Part shown: piece by piece, positions 40,500-52,257 of the stretch | Position numbering within the stretch: position 1 is the stretch's first letter | Layout: every line of letters starts with the position of its first letter | Assembly (NCBI RefSeq): GCF_018350175.1 | Contig: NC_058385.1 | Coordinates: forward strand, 82,770,001 to 82,834,000 | From: Felis catus | Taxonomy: Eukaryota | DNA: 64,000 nucleotides | Reading direction: 5' to 3' | The notes under the pieces: model-generated | What the model saw: the letters and a program-made list of their open reading frames with translations, nothing else | Told to the model about the DNA's origin: nothing | Databases searched by the model: none | Translations under genes and position numbers: made by a program

Positions 40500-41600
40500 C
40501 TGCTCGTGTGTGTCCAGGTTGGGTCCACCTGGCGTGTGCGCCTGGACAGGTGTACGTTTGCGAGGGGACTGGCTTTGAGCACCGTGACGCGCCGAGCCCG
40601 AGTCCCCGGTGCGGCCCCCGGTGCGTTCCCCGGTGCGTGGAGCCGCGTGCAGACATCTTTGAGGTGTCAGTGCCCAAGGAGGACAGAAACAGACTGGGGG
40701 AGGAGGCCAGGTCCCGGGCGGAGGAAGAGGGAAGTGCACGCCCCGCGCCTGCGCAGTGACCGGCCGCACCCCTAGCGGCCAGCTCGGCCGCGCTCGGGCC
40801 CAACTGTCAGCAGCTGTGGGCTCTGGGCGACCGGGGGCGGGGCGGAGCACGAGGCGGAGTTTGCGCACTCCTGCTCTCTGGGGCCTGGTGGGCGGGGTGG
40901 AGAGAGGGGGAGAGGGACGCGACTCCGGCCAATGAGCGCAGAGATCGTGTGGGGGCGGGGCCGGACTGCCGCGCGCCGGGCCGCGGTTGGCGGAGGGCGG
41001 CGGGGGCGGGCTCGGCGTGCGGCCCCGCCCACTCCGGTCCGGGGCTTGGCGGGAGGGCGGCGCCCGGGCCGCCGCGGCCGCAGCTTCTCAGGTAAACGGC
41101 GACCGGGAGTCGGGGACCGGCGGCGCTCGCTCGCAGAGGCGCCCCTCGGGGGAACCTGGGCCCGAGAGTCTGGGGGCCACCACCCACGGCCGGGCCGCGC
41201 GGGAATCCAAGTCGGGAGGCGCCTCTCCAAGGTCAGCGGACGAGCGCGAGGAGGGTCCCGGGCGTCGCGGGGCCGAGCCCGCCCCCTTCCCTGGGCTCAG
41301 GTGCGTCCAGTCCCCGGAGGAGCCTGATTTGCCGCGTCACAAGCCGGAAGAGGCCCGGCTGCCTGGCCCCTCACCTTCCTCACGCAGATTCGGGATGCCG
41401 AGTCCGGTGCCCGTGCCCTCCCTGGGAGGTGTGAGGTCCGCGCCCCTGCTCCCCGCCGCGAGGACACCGGGGTGTCCAATGGAGCAAGCCAAGCCTGAAC
41501 TCTGAGAGCCCCAAAGCTCAGGGGGCATTGCATTTCCGATTTCTCCGACATTCAGGGAGGCGGTCCGGAGCGGGGAAGTAATTTGTCCAAAGTCACGAGG
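40500..41600 (+). promoter_or_regulatory. MROH1: MROH1 CpG-island promoter and non-coding exon 1 (probable donor after 41091)
   Basis: CpG island with ETS GGAAGT (40730), NRF1-like GCGCCTGCGCA (40745-40755), CCAAT (40929-40933), GC boxes and the donor CAG|GTAAAC. Confidence 0.75.
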
Positions 41601-44299
41601 ATTATTGGTCACAGAGTGTAGGTCGCAAAGCTGGAAGGGCCGCAGGAAACCCAGCTCTCAAGTCCAGGGGAGAGCTGGGTGGTGCGCGGCCGGGGCTGGC
41701 CCCCAGGCCCGGATGCTGGGCTCCGACCTTCCTGCAGTGCAGCGGTAGGCCCCCAGGAGAGGGCTCTGTCGGAGCGAGCAGGGCTGGACTGAACACACTT
41801 GCACACTCTCCCCTTCGCCAGCCTAGCCGAGGTGGGGGCGGGGCTGACCCGCTCAAGCGAGCTGAGTACGAGGGGTGGGGGGCCACAGAGGCGTGGCTGT
41901 GTGGCGGTTGGGGAGGGGCAGGTGGGGCTGCGGTGGAGGCTGGCTTTGGGGCAACAGTCTTGGAGGCAGCGACCACCTTGGAAAGGGATGGTGGTAGGGG
42001 TGAGAAGAAGAGGGTCAGTGAGCGGACCATAGAGTGCCCGGCCGAGGTGGAGAAACAGGAAGGGGTGGTGCTGGTTCCTGGCCCAGATATCTGAGCACCT
42101 GGTGACAGGAAAACATGGCAGGTGGGTTGGGGGCCATGGACAGGTCAGGGGTAAAGGTGGTGAGTTGAGTGCTAGAGCTGTCGGGGTTGAGTGGTGGCGC
42201 CTGGTCCAGATGGGGATGCCCAGCGGGCACTGGGCCCCAGGAGACCCCCGTGGGAAGCGCCAGTCATGCGAAACTTCAGCAGCGGCTTGACTGTGATGTG
42301 GTTCCATCTCACGCCTGTAGTCCTGGCAGCCCAGGGGCCTGAGCATGCTGCTGTCCGCAGCGTCCTCCTTTCCAGGCCTCAAGCCGTCGTGGTTCAAGCG
42401 GGCCGGGGTCTCCCGTCTCTCCGTGGTATCACAGAGGAGTGACCGGAGTTGAGCTCACTTGGTTACCTTGAAACCAATATGCAGGCTGCCGGCTTGTTCA
42501 GACCTGCACCTCAGTTTCTCATCCCCCACCCCCCACCCCCCCCGCCCCGGGGCTGTTAGCTGCCTGCAAACATGGTTGGATCAGAGGTGGCACCTGCATT
42601 CATCGCTAGTCCCCTGTGCTTGGAAGCAGGTGTTTGCGCTTAGTTTTCAGGCCTAGGGTCCGCTGAGGCCCAGGTAAGCAGTCGGGTTGAGGCTGGTCTG
42701 CAGCCGCAGATCTCGTGAGTCCCATGAGCCAAGTTATTTGATCTCCTTGGGGTGGGGGCTCCAGGAAAGCCCCTGTGGCTTCTGGCCGGTGCTTAGGGGA
42801 TACCGGCTGCCGGAGTTACAAGGACTGTGGTTTCTTTGCCGAGCTGAAGGGCTACCTGGCTTTGGGGGTTTGCATGTGAACCCAGTGACACAGCTTGGCA
42901 TGACTAACGTTGAGAAATAGCGTAATCAAGTGACTGTGAGCAATGAGCCGTGGACTGCTTCTCCCAGGTCATCAGCCCACGTCCTTGTTGGTAACTCTGG
43001 AAGTCTATTCTTCCTCTGGCTCCTGTGCTAGAGGGGAAGTCCCTGGGCCTGCTGCGGGGGTGGGGGGCATTCCTGTGACCCCGCAGGGTGTCCTGACTTC
43101 CCAGTCTCCCACACGCCTGTCAGGTGGACTCATGGCTGCCTCTGGGCAGTGGTGCCCATGGCCTCCTCACCTCCCATGCCCCCTTCTGACACTTCGCTGC
43201 AGTTGGCCCAGCATCTCAGTGCCCTCCGCGTGCCACGTGGCAACCATAATACACCTGGGTGCCCTTCAAGCCAGGGGCTTGGACTCTGGGCTTGGACGGC
43301 ACCTGGTCGGCTTACTAAATGCGGTTCAGTGACTGTTTAGTTGAGGTGAATGAGGAGGAAGCCGCTTCTCCGCTTCGCTACAGGGTGTAGGATGCAGACA
43401 GGGAGACCCTGCCCTCGTGACCTCTGCGGGTGCTTCAGGGCGTGGGTCCCGGCTGGGTCCCGCCCTGCTGTTACCTAGCGATGTGTCTCTCTCTGTGTGC
43501 GTTAAAAGAGATGGTGCCTCTAAGGAACCGCCCGGGCGGCCAGTGCTCGGCACACGCTGCCCGTGAGATGCAGGGTGCCTTCCAGACCCTTCCTTGTCTC
43601 TGCACCCTCTTCCCCTGCAGAGCCTTCGTCTTGGTTTGCCATCAGCAGTCTGCTCGCCGTTGGTTTGTCTTCATAGAGAGCAGGGTCTGTGCTGCTGTCC
43701 CTGTGGGTCCAGTGTCAGCACACGGGCCACCCGGCCTGGGGCAGGGGCAGCGGACGGGACCCTACAAAACTGGTCTTGCTCAGCTGGGCACACTTTCCTT
43801 TTCCGTTTGATGGTCAAGCTCTGCTCCTCGCACTGTGGTTCATACGAATGCACCTACCCACCACTTTCTCTCATTGGTTGTTTTTGTTTTTTTATACAAA
43901 TCTGACCAGATCTCTGATTGGTATTTGTGTTTCTTCTAACATCTCTGTGCACTTGTGTGAGGGTTTCTGTAGATAGAAGGTGGGTGTCAGAAGACGGGTG
44001 ACGCGATCGCACGGTGTGACCCTTAGGGCTCTCAGCAGATGTCCCACAGGCTCTGCTGCCTGTCCCCGCTGTGCAGTGACTACGGCACCGATGACGTCCG
44101 ATGCTGGTGGAGCAGCAGGCCTCCCTGCAAGCCTTTCCCTTGTGACACAAATGGAGCCCGTGCCCGAGTCCTGAACTAAGCTGCCTGCCAGTGCGGGGGA
44201 GGCCAGGGCTTGCCCCTCTGCCGGCTGTCTCTTCTGGAATTGTGTACCCTCTTTGTCCATTTTCCTGCTTGTCATCCTGATGTAGGTGAGCTCCTTTGC

Positions 44300-47200
44300 A
44301 TGTTAATGTGGGACACATTTTCCTCTTGTTACACCTGTTGTGAGTGAGTTGTCCTTCTTTCTCTTTTGTTTACCTTCTGCTCTGGTGGTTGGATGAGTTG
44401 TGTGCGCACGGAGGCTTGTGTGCTTAGGTATAAGTACGTATATGGTTTTCAAGTCTTATGTATGCTTTTGACCTTCAGAAACTTTAAACTTTTATATTGT
44501 CAAACTGAGCAATGTTCATTAAGGTGTCTGTGTTTTTGTGTGGGGCTTAGAACGTCCTTTTCTACTTCAAGATGATAAAATATTTACCTATATTTTCTTT
44601 CTTTTTTAAACTGTATTTATTTAAGCAATCTCTGTATTCAGTGTGGCGCTCAAACTCATGCCCCCAAGGTCAAGAGCCACATACTCCATGGGCTGAGCCA
44701 GCCAGGTGCCCCTGCCTGTATTTTCTGCCAGGACTTTTACATTTCATTTTTCCATTTAACTCTTATGTGCATCTAGAATTCGTGTTGGAATAAAGAAGGA
44801 TGTGGGGAGGCTAACGTTTTCCCTAGTGTTTAGCTATTTCAATGCTATTTATTGACTAATCTGTCTGTAGGATGTAAAACCCTTTCTTGTATAATACGTT
44901 TACCTCCTTATTGGTGTTCATTTCTGGACTTTCTATATAGTTCTGTTGATTTAATACACTTTAATATAAATCCTCCTGTTCATATACTTTAAAAAGTTTA
45001 ATTGGCTATTCGTGTATGTTCATTCTTTTTTTAAGTTTATTTATTTATATTAGAGAGAGCCAGCGAGCATGTGAGTGGGGAGGGGCAGAGAGAGAAGGAG
45101 AGAAAGAATCCCAAGCAGGCTCTGCACTGACAGTACAGAGCCCGATGTGGAGCTTGAACTCACAAACTGTGAGATCATGACCTGAGCTGAAATCGAGTCA
45201 GCTCTTCAACCGACTGAGCCACCTAGGCGCCCCCGTGTTAATTCTTCTCTATGAATTTTGGAACCATTGCATCAAGTACCCTCCAGTATCCTGAATCATA
45301 TATTTACACATTCAGAAAGTTGACAGTTTTACAATATTGAATCATATGGAAGGATTTTGATTTTATTCCTTCAATGAGCAGTATTTAAAAAAATTCTGTG
45401 CACACTAAGGGTAAAAACCAAAACTTTTTCCCTTGAAGTGCAGTGGAGAAGACAGGGAAACTGGAACATACAACTGATCTTATATTCATCGTGTGAACAA
45501 AGGGTTGTGGGAACATCCCATCACTTGCCGGAAGGTTGGGTGAGCAGGAGTCCCGTGGTAGAGGCCAGGCAGGACGTCCTTGCAGAGGTGCTGAGAGTCC
45601 AGGCCGTGGCCAGGGGTTTGCAGGTGGCCAGGACACCTAGAACGTAAAGGACGGAGAAAGAAGCAGAGAGGGGTTTGGGCCTGGGTCTGGGTCACGACAG
45701 CCCATGGTGAAGGCGTTAGGTTCTGTGGGCAGCAGGAGGACTGGTAAGTCGCGGTGAGGCCTGCTGGGGTCAGCGTTTGTAAAGGTCAGCACTCTGGGCA
45801 CGGAGGAGGCGTGTGGGGGGGTGGCCCAGGCAGGACGGTCCATGAGACAGGCGGGGTACAGGACCTCAGTGGGGCAGTAGGGCATCTACCGCCTGAGTGA
45901 AGGGCAGAAGGAGGGGAAGGAGGGCAGTGGGGGGTGCTGATGTTTATTACACTGTGTCTGTCACCGAGGGGTGTGACTTGGTGCCATTAATTTCATTCCC
46001 TTAACAGTGTATTCAAAGAGGAGAAGTTTTTTGATGAATTTAAGTTTATCAAGTCTTTTTTTTTTTTTTTTTTTTTTTTGCGTAGATTTTGCTTTTGGTG
46101 TCAGTCATGGAGATTTTCTTCTTCTTTTTTTTTTTTCCTCCCTCAGAAGTTTTACAGTTTTAACTTTTACATTTAGGTCTGTAAATCATTTTGAGTTTTT
46201 ATACGTGGTGTGAAGTTTAGACTGAAGTTTTATTGGATGCAGATGCCCAGCTGTGCAGCACTATTTGTTGACGAGACTATCCCTTCTCCCCTGAATAGAC
46301 TTTATACCTTTGTTAAAAATCAATTGGCCATATAAGTCTTGATGTCAGGTAGGGTACGTCCCCCAGTTTTTTTTTTCCAGAAGTGTTCTGGCAATTCTAA
46401 GTCTTCGCACTTTCAGATGAATTTTAGAATTAGTTCGTCCATTTCTACAAAAAGCCTGCTAGGATTTTGACTGGAATGCATTTGTAGATCCATTTAGGAA
46501 CAACTGATATCTTAGCACAGTATATCTCTCCATTTATTTAAGTTTTCTTTAACTTTTTAAAAATTTTATTTTAGCGCGTGAGCGGGAGAGAGGGGCTGAG
46601 GGGGAGAGAGAGAATCTTAAGCAGGTCGCACGTTCAATGTGGAGCCCAATGCAGGGCCCGATCCCATGACCCTGGGATCATGACCTGAGTCGAAATCAAG
46701 AGTCAGATACTCAACAGACTGAGCCACCCAGGAGCCCCTATTTTTCTTTTTTTAATGTTGTATATAATTTATTCATAGTGAAAATATTATATACATATAT
46801 ATTTTTTAGCTTACATCTAAGTTAGTTAGCATATAGTGCAGCATGATTTCAGGAGTAGATTCCTTAATGCCCCTCCCCCATTTAGCCCATCCCCCTCCCA
46901 CAACCCCTCCAGTAACCCTCTGTTCTCCAGATTTATGAGTCTCTTATGCTTTGTCCCCTTCCCTGTTTTTATATTATTTTTATTCCCTTCCCTTATGTTC
47001 ATCTGTTTTGTCTCTGCTGTCAGCACAGAGCCTGACATGGGGCTTGAACTGATGAACCATGAGATGATGCCCTGAGCTGAAACCGAGAGTTGGATGCTTA
47101 ACCAACGGAGTCCCCCAGGCGCCCCTGATGTATTATTCTTCTTATATGTTATTGGATGATTTGATGAAATATTGTTAAGAATTTTTACATTTGTGCCTGT

Positions 47201-48420
47201 GAGGGATATTGGACTATGATTTTCATTATTTGTAATAACTTTACCTGCTTTTGTTATCAGAATAATGCTGGCCTCATAGAATCAGTTGGGAAGTATTCCC
47301 TTGTTTTCAATTTTCTTGGAAGAATTTGTGTAGAGTTGGTATTATTTCTTCCTTAAATGTTTGGTAGAATTCCCCCAGGGAAGTCATTTAGACCTTTCAT
47401 CTAGAACTTTCTCTTTGGGAGGATTTATTTTTTTATTTTTTTAAGTTTATTTATTTTGAGACAGAGGGAGCAAACGGGGAAGGGACAGAGAGAGGGAGAG
47501 AGAGAATCTCAAGCAGGCTCCGCACCACCAGTGCAGAGCCTGATGCGGGACTCAAACTCATGAACGGCGAGATCACAACCTGAGCCGAAATTGGACGCTT
47601 AACTGAGCCACCCAGGTGCCCCTCTACGGGAAGATTTTTGACTTTTTAAATTTGCCGAGATTTGTTTTAATGCCCAGAATGTAGTCAGTCTTGGTTAGCA
47701 TTCCATGTGCTTTTGGAAGGAATATACTACTTGTGATGAATGGATGGTTCTATAAATACTACTTAGGTCAAGTCGGTTGACAGTATTGTTCAGGTCTTCT
47801 GTCCCCTTACTGATTTTCTGTACAATTGTTTTGTCAGTTATAGAGAAATCTCTGCTGTAATTTCTATTTTTCTATTTCATTTTGCATTTCTATTCGTTTT
47901 GGCTTTGTGATTTTTGAAGTTCTGCTATTAGGCACATAAACGTTTAGGATTGTTATGCCTCTGAAACCTACTCTGTCTATTCATATGGTTACTCCAGCTT
48001 TCTTGCAACTGGTGTCAGCCTCGTTTTTCTTTACCCACCCTTTTAACCTCTTTATGCTAACATGTGTGGTCTTTCCTGTGGTTTCTTGTGAAATACAGTT
48101 ATAACGGCCTAGCTGTCCTTGTCTATGAATTCTTCTGCATCGTTTCTGGATCAGTTTATATTGACTGATTCATTCTCATTGTGGGTTGTTTTTGTTTTGT
48201 TTTGTTTTATGTTTTTTGTTTTTTTTGTTTTTTGTTTTTTTGTTTTTTTGTTTTTTTTTTTGCTTCTTTGCCTGCCAAGTAATTTTCTGCTGGATGTCAG
48301 ACATCATTATTTTGCCTTGCTGGTGCTAGGTATTTTTGTGTTGCTATTATTCTTGAACTTTGCTGGGATGTAGCTAAGTTACTTGGGAACAATTTGATCT
48401 TTTCAGGTCTTTTTTTGTTT
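44300..48420 (-). mobile_element. AT-rich antisense L1 fragments with antisense Can-SINEs (44600-44712, 45025-45234, 46555-46739, 47425-47622)
   Basis: L1-like phrases (ttagaattagttcgtccatttctacaaaaagcctgc, aatgctggcctcatagaatcagttgggaagt) and SINE ends caggcgcccc/caggtgcccc. Confidence 0.8.
46745..47125 (-). mobile_element. Chimeric element: Can-SINE 5' half fused to carnivore L1 3' end
   Basis: On the - strand the SINE head (47125-47016) joins directly to L1 3'UTR sequence (acaaaacagatgaacataaggg...ggaatctactcctgaaatcatgctgcactatatgctaactaac), followed by an A-rich tail. Confidence 0.75.
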
Positions 48421-48445
48421 TTATTTATTTAAAAAAATTTGTTTT

Positions 48446-49113
48446 GGGGCGCCTGGGTGGTGCAGTCGGTTAAGCGTCCGACTTCAGCCAGGTCACGATC
48501 TCACGATCCGTGGGTTCGAGCCCTGCGTCGGGCTCTGGGCTGATGGCTCAGAACCTGGAGCCTGTTTCCGATTCTGTGTCTCCCTCTCTCTCTGCCCCTC
48601 CCCCGTTCATACTCTGTCTCTCTCTGTCCCAAAAATAAATAAAAAACGTTGAAAAAAAAATTAAAAAAAAAATTAAAAAATTTGTTTTAAGCTTTATTTA
48701 TTTTTGAGAGAGAGACAGACAGGGTGTGAGTGGGGGAGGAGCAGAGAGGGAGACCCAGAATCCGAAGCAGGCTCCAGGCTCTGAGCTGTCCGCACAGGGC
48801 CCAACACGGGGCTCGAACCCACGAACCATGAGATCATGACCTGAGCCAAAGTCGGCCGCTTAACTGACTGAGCCATCCAGGTGCCCCGCTTTATTTGTTT
48901 TTAAATGTTTATTTATTTTTGAGAGAGATATATATAGAGAGAAAGAGAAAGTGTGAGTGGGGGGGTAGCGCAGAGAGAGAGGGAGACAGAGGATCTGAAG
49001 TGGGCTGCGAGCTGACAGCAGAGAACCCGATGTGGGGCTTGAACTCACGAACCATGAGATCCCGACCTGAGCTGAAGTCAAACCCTTAACTGACTGAGCC
49101 ACCCAGGTGCCCC
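48446..49113. mobile_element. Three-SINE cluster: + (48446-48680), - (48690-48887), - (48889-49113)
   Basis: A young + copy with TSD aaaaaatttgtttt sits in the tail of a - copy. The outer repeat ttcaggtctt lies near 48402 and 49114. Confidence 0.9.
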
Positions 49114-49364
49114 TTCAGGTCTTACTTACTTTTAGCTTTGTTAGGTGAGAGCAGACAGCGTTTAGCCTATGGCTAATTTTATTTTTTTACCAAGGCAAAA
49201 CCCTTTTGAGTGCTCTTCCCAATACTCTGACTTTTGACGTTTTCCCCTTGGGCTGCTGGGAACAGCCCCGTTCCTGGTCTGTTGTGAGTTCTGGCGATGT
49301 TTCTGCTGGGTTTTTTGGGTAGTTCTTTCCCTGGCTTTGGTAGTTTTTTCTCAGATATGGTGCT

Positions 49365-49951
49365 TGAATCAGTTTTCTGTTGCTGCTATGATAAGTTACC
49401 ACGGACTTAGTGCCTTAAATGATGTATATGTATTATCCTAGAGTCCCTGAGAACTTTAGGCTGGAGGCAGTAGGGCCGTGCTCCTTGCTGGGGTCTCTGG
49501 GGAGAATCTCTCCTGCTCTTTCACGTTGTTGGCACAATTGGTTCGTTGTGGCTGTAGGACCGGAGTCCCTGTTTCCTTGCTGGCTGTAAACTAAGGGACA
49601 CGTCCGGCTTTTAGAGGCCACCCAAATTATGTGGTCCAGAGCCTCCTTCCTCTGTCTTTAAAGCCAGCCGGGGGGGGGGGGGGGGGGTTGAATCCTTCTC
49701 ATGCTTCAAATTTCTCCTCCTCCTCCTCCTTCCATCTCCTCTCTTTGCCCCGCTGGGAGGGGTTCTCTGCAGTTTAAGGGTTTATATACACCCTTTCGCT
49801 AGTCTCACCCACATAAGCCAGGGGAGTCCCCCCACCTCAGGGTCTGTACCCTTAATCCCATCTGCTGAGTCCCTCTTGACATGTAACATATTCACAGGTT
49901 CTGGGGGTGAGGACATAGGCATCTTTGGGGACATTACTCTGCTGCCCAGCA
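49365..49951. mobile_element. MLT1 (ERVL-MaLR) solo LTR
   Basis: The ends tcagttttctgttgctgctatgataagttaccac and tattcacaggttctgggggtgaggacataggcatctttgggg are typical of MLT1. Confidence 0.75.
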
Positions 49952-50854
49952 CTGACCAGTAAGTCCGCCAGGACCCTCTGCAGATCTCTAGAGTTCTCTG
50001 TGGTGCTAGAGTCTATAGACTGGCAGGACCTAGGTCTCCCAAGATGCTCCCAGTTGTCTCAAGCCGGGGGTATTGCCGGGTCCCGGTGATTCCTCCTCAG
50101 TCTGGATGCACCCTCCGGGCCGTGAGCTGGAGTGGCTACAGGGCTCCCGTCCTTCATTTCCTGACGTCTGTCACCCTGAGAACTGCAGGTCCATGTGTTT
50201 CGTCCAGCTTTTTAGTGGTTTGGGTCAGGAGGGCAGTTGGTCCGTTACTCCCGTCTGGGCTGGGAGCTGAAGCCTCTTACACTTATTCCTTACTCTTTGC
50301 TCCTGTTTGAGTTGGGTGCACGTGGCCTTTTGCACTTGTAGGAAGAGCGTTTCGAACTTGGACTTTGAGTTGGTTTAACCCTGTTTCTTCCTGGGTAGTG
50401 GAGACAGGCAGCCGTGTCCCCTCTGGGGACAGCCGCTTGTCTCGTAGATGCAGACCAGGTCTAGGCATCGGGATTTGGGTTCTGTCTGAGCATGTGTCGC
50501 CACTGCCTTTGAGAAGATCTTCGGATTCTTTCTGGAACCTGCTGCCAGCATACTTCATACCCTGCCTGATGGCTGCGACCTTTCAGCCCTTCATCCTTTG
50601 TGGGTTTGGGTTTTTTGGCCGCCTTCTTGCTCTGCCACAAGTGAAATGTGTGTTTCTATTTCTTGTTTTCCTTGTTACTTTTAGATGCTTTCCAGGAAGA
50701 AAGGGGAAACACCTTGCTGATGCCAGCGTCTTTGAACCAGTGTCTTCTCCTTCTGCTTTCTCTCTGCCTGGGATTCCTGGAGATTTCTGGTTTGCTAATT
50801 TTATCTTGTTTTCTAGTGTTCTTGTGGGTTTATTCTTTTAAAACTTGCATCTTC

Positions 50855-50975
50855 GGGGTACCTGGCTGGCGCAGTCGTGGAGCGCGGGACTCTTGATCTC
50901 GGGGCTGTGAGCTTGAGCCCCATGTTGGATGTAGAGATGACTTAAAAGTAAAATCTTTTTAAAAATTGAAAAAAA
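50855..50975 (+). mobile_element. Short Can-SINE
   Basis: Head ggggtacctggctggcgcagtc and TSD acttgcatcttc. Confidence 0.85.
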
Positions 50976-51137
50976 GTACTTGCATCTTCTCTGGTCATCT
51001 CATTGAGGTTTTGGTGGGGCACGTGTGTGTGCTTGGGCCGGTCTGCCTTCCTGGGCATGTGTGGTGTTGTCACTCACTTATAATTCTGCCACCACTCGCC
51101 CCGGGATTTCTCACTTCCTTCCTTCCTGTGTCCGTAG

Positions 51138-51216
51138 CCAGATGAGTGTCCTCTTGCTTGGTTAGGGCCAGGTCATGGCACCTCCTCTCTCGTCTCTGTC
51201 CTTTTATGGATGAGAG
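51138..51216 (+). other. MROH1: Probable non-coding exon 2 of MROH1
   Basis: A strong pyrimidine tract with TAG acceptor at 51137 and GAG|GTGATC donor at 51216, in unique sequence. It resembles my recollection of the human MROH1 leader. Confidence 0.55.
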
Positions 51217-51924
51217 GTGATCAGGGAAGGGTCCAAGATGGAGGTGACCCATCGAGGGGTGGTGGGATTGCCAGCTCACGGAAGACATCAGTGTTAGAAA
51301 GCCGTCAGCTACAGCGCCGAGGGCCTGAGGTCCCTCTGACCTTATAGGACCTTGGAGAGCCTCACGTAGGTCCGAGCATGGCCCTGCGCTGAAGAGGCAG
51401 GGGCATTTGCCTACTGGTGGGTTTTACTCTCGGGGCCCATCTGCTGCAAGGGCTGCCTCGAGGCGTGTAGTGCCTGAAAGCCACGTCTCTCAAATGCCAG
51501 GGGCGGTTTGGATGGTTGGTTTCCTCTGCCAGTGAACCCGCCAGACCCCATGCTGCCCTTCCAGCGTCTCTCGTTGTGCTAGAATTCTCAGGCACGGGGT
51601 GTCAAGCCTGTGGTGATCCGCCTTGTCCTTGGCTCTCGGGGACAGGTTTCCCTGCTGTGCACAGACTGCGGGTGACGGGTGACGTCAGCCTCGTGCGCGC
51701 CCTCTCTCGTTTACAGAGTGACGGAAGCTGCTGTAGGTGGAGTCGGGGGGCACGTCTGCCCCTCTCACCGTGCGGGCTCACATCACCCTGGCCGGGCTGC
51801 CGGGTGCGGCAGAGGGGAGCTGGGAACCGTGGGGGGAGGGCGCCTTCCGCCCTCTGTGACCGCCATCCACCGTGTGCCAGATGGCTCCCTCGCGAGAAGG
51901 CACTGATGTCCTGTTTCACGCCTG

Positions 51925-52131
51925 TTTTTTTAAGCTTACTTATTTATTTATTTTTGAGACAGAGAGGGAGAGAGTGTGTGAGCAGGGAAGGGTCAGAGAG
52001 AGAGGGAATCCCAAGCAGGCTCTGCGCTGTCAGCACAGAGCCTGATGTGGGGCTCAATCCCATAAATCGTGAGATCATAACCTGAGCTGACATCAAGAGT
52101 CGGCCGCTTACCCGAGCCCCCAGGCGCCCCT
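51925..52131 (-). mobile_element. Can-SINE, antisense
   Basis: T-tract, aatcccaagcaggctctgcgctgtcagcac, ending caggcgcccc. Confidence 0.9.
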
Positions 52132-52257
52132 GAAATCGTGGTTTATACAAACACGGTGACGGCCTGTAAACCGAGGACTCTTACGGTTTAAATGTGTTTT
52201 CGGTTACTCCAGGTTTGAGAAGAAGCTGCCCGAGCCGACGCCGGTGAGGCGGCCGAG

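Noticed and set aside
42968-42990. Possible MROH1 5'UTR micro-exon (cag|gtcatc...ttg|gtaact)
   Set aside because: Splice-like motifs only, with no independent support.
49670-49687. Long poly-G runs (also near 15205, 28045, 52946)
   Set aside because: Homopolymers of uncertain assembly length with no functional evidence.
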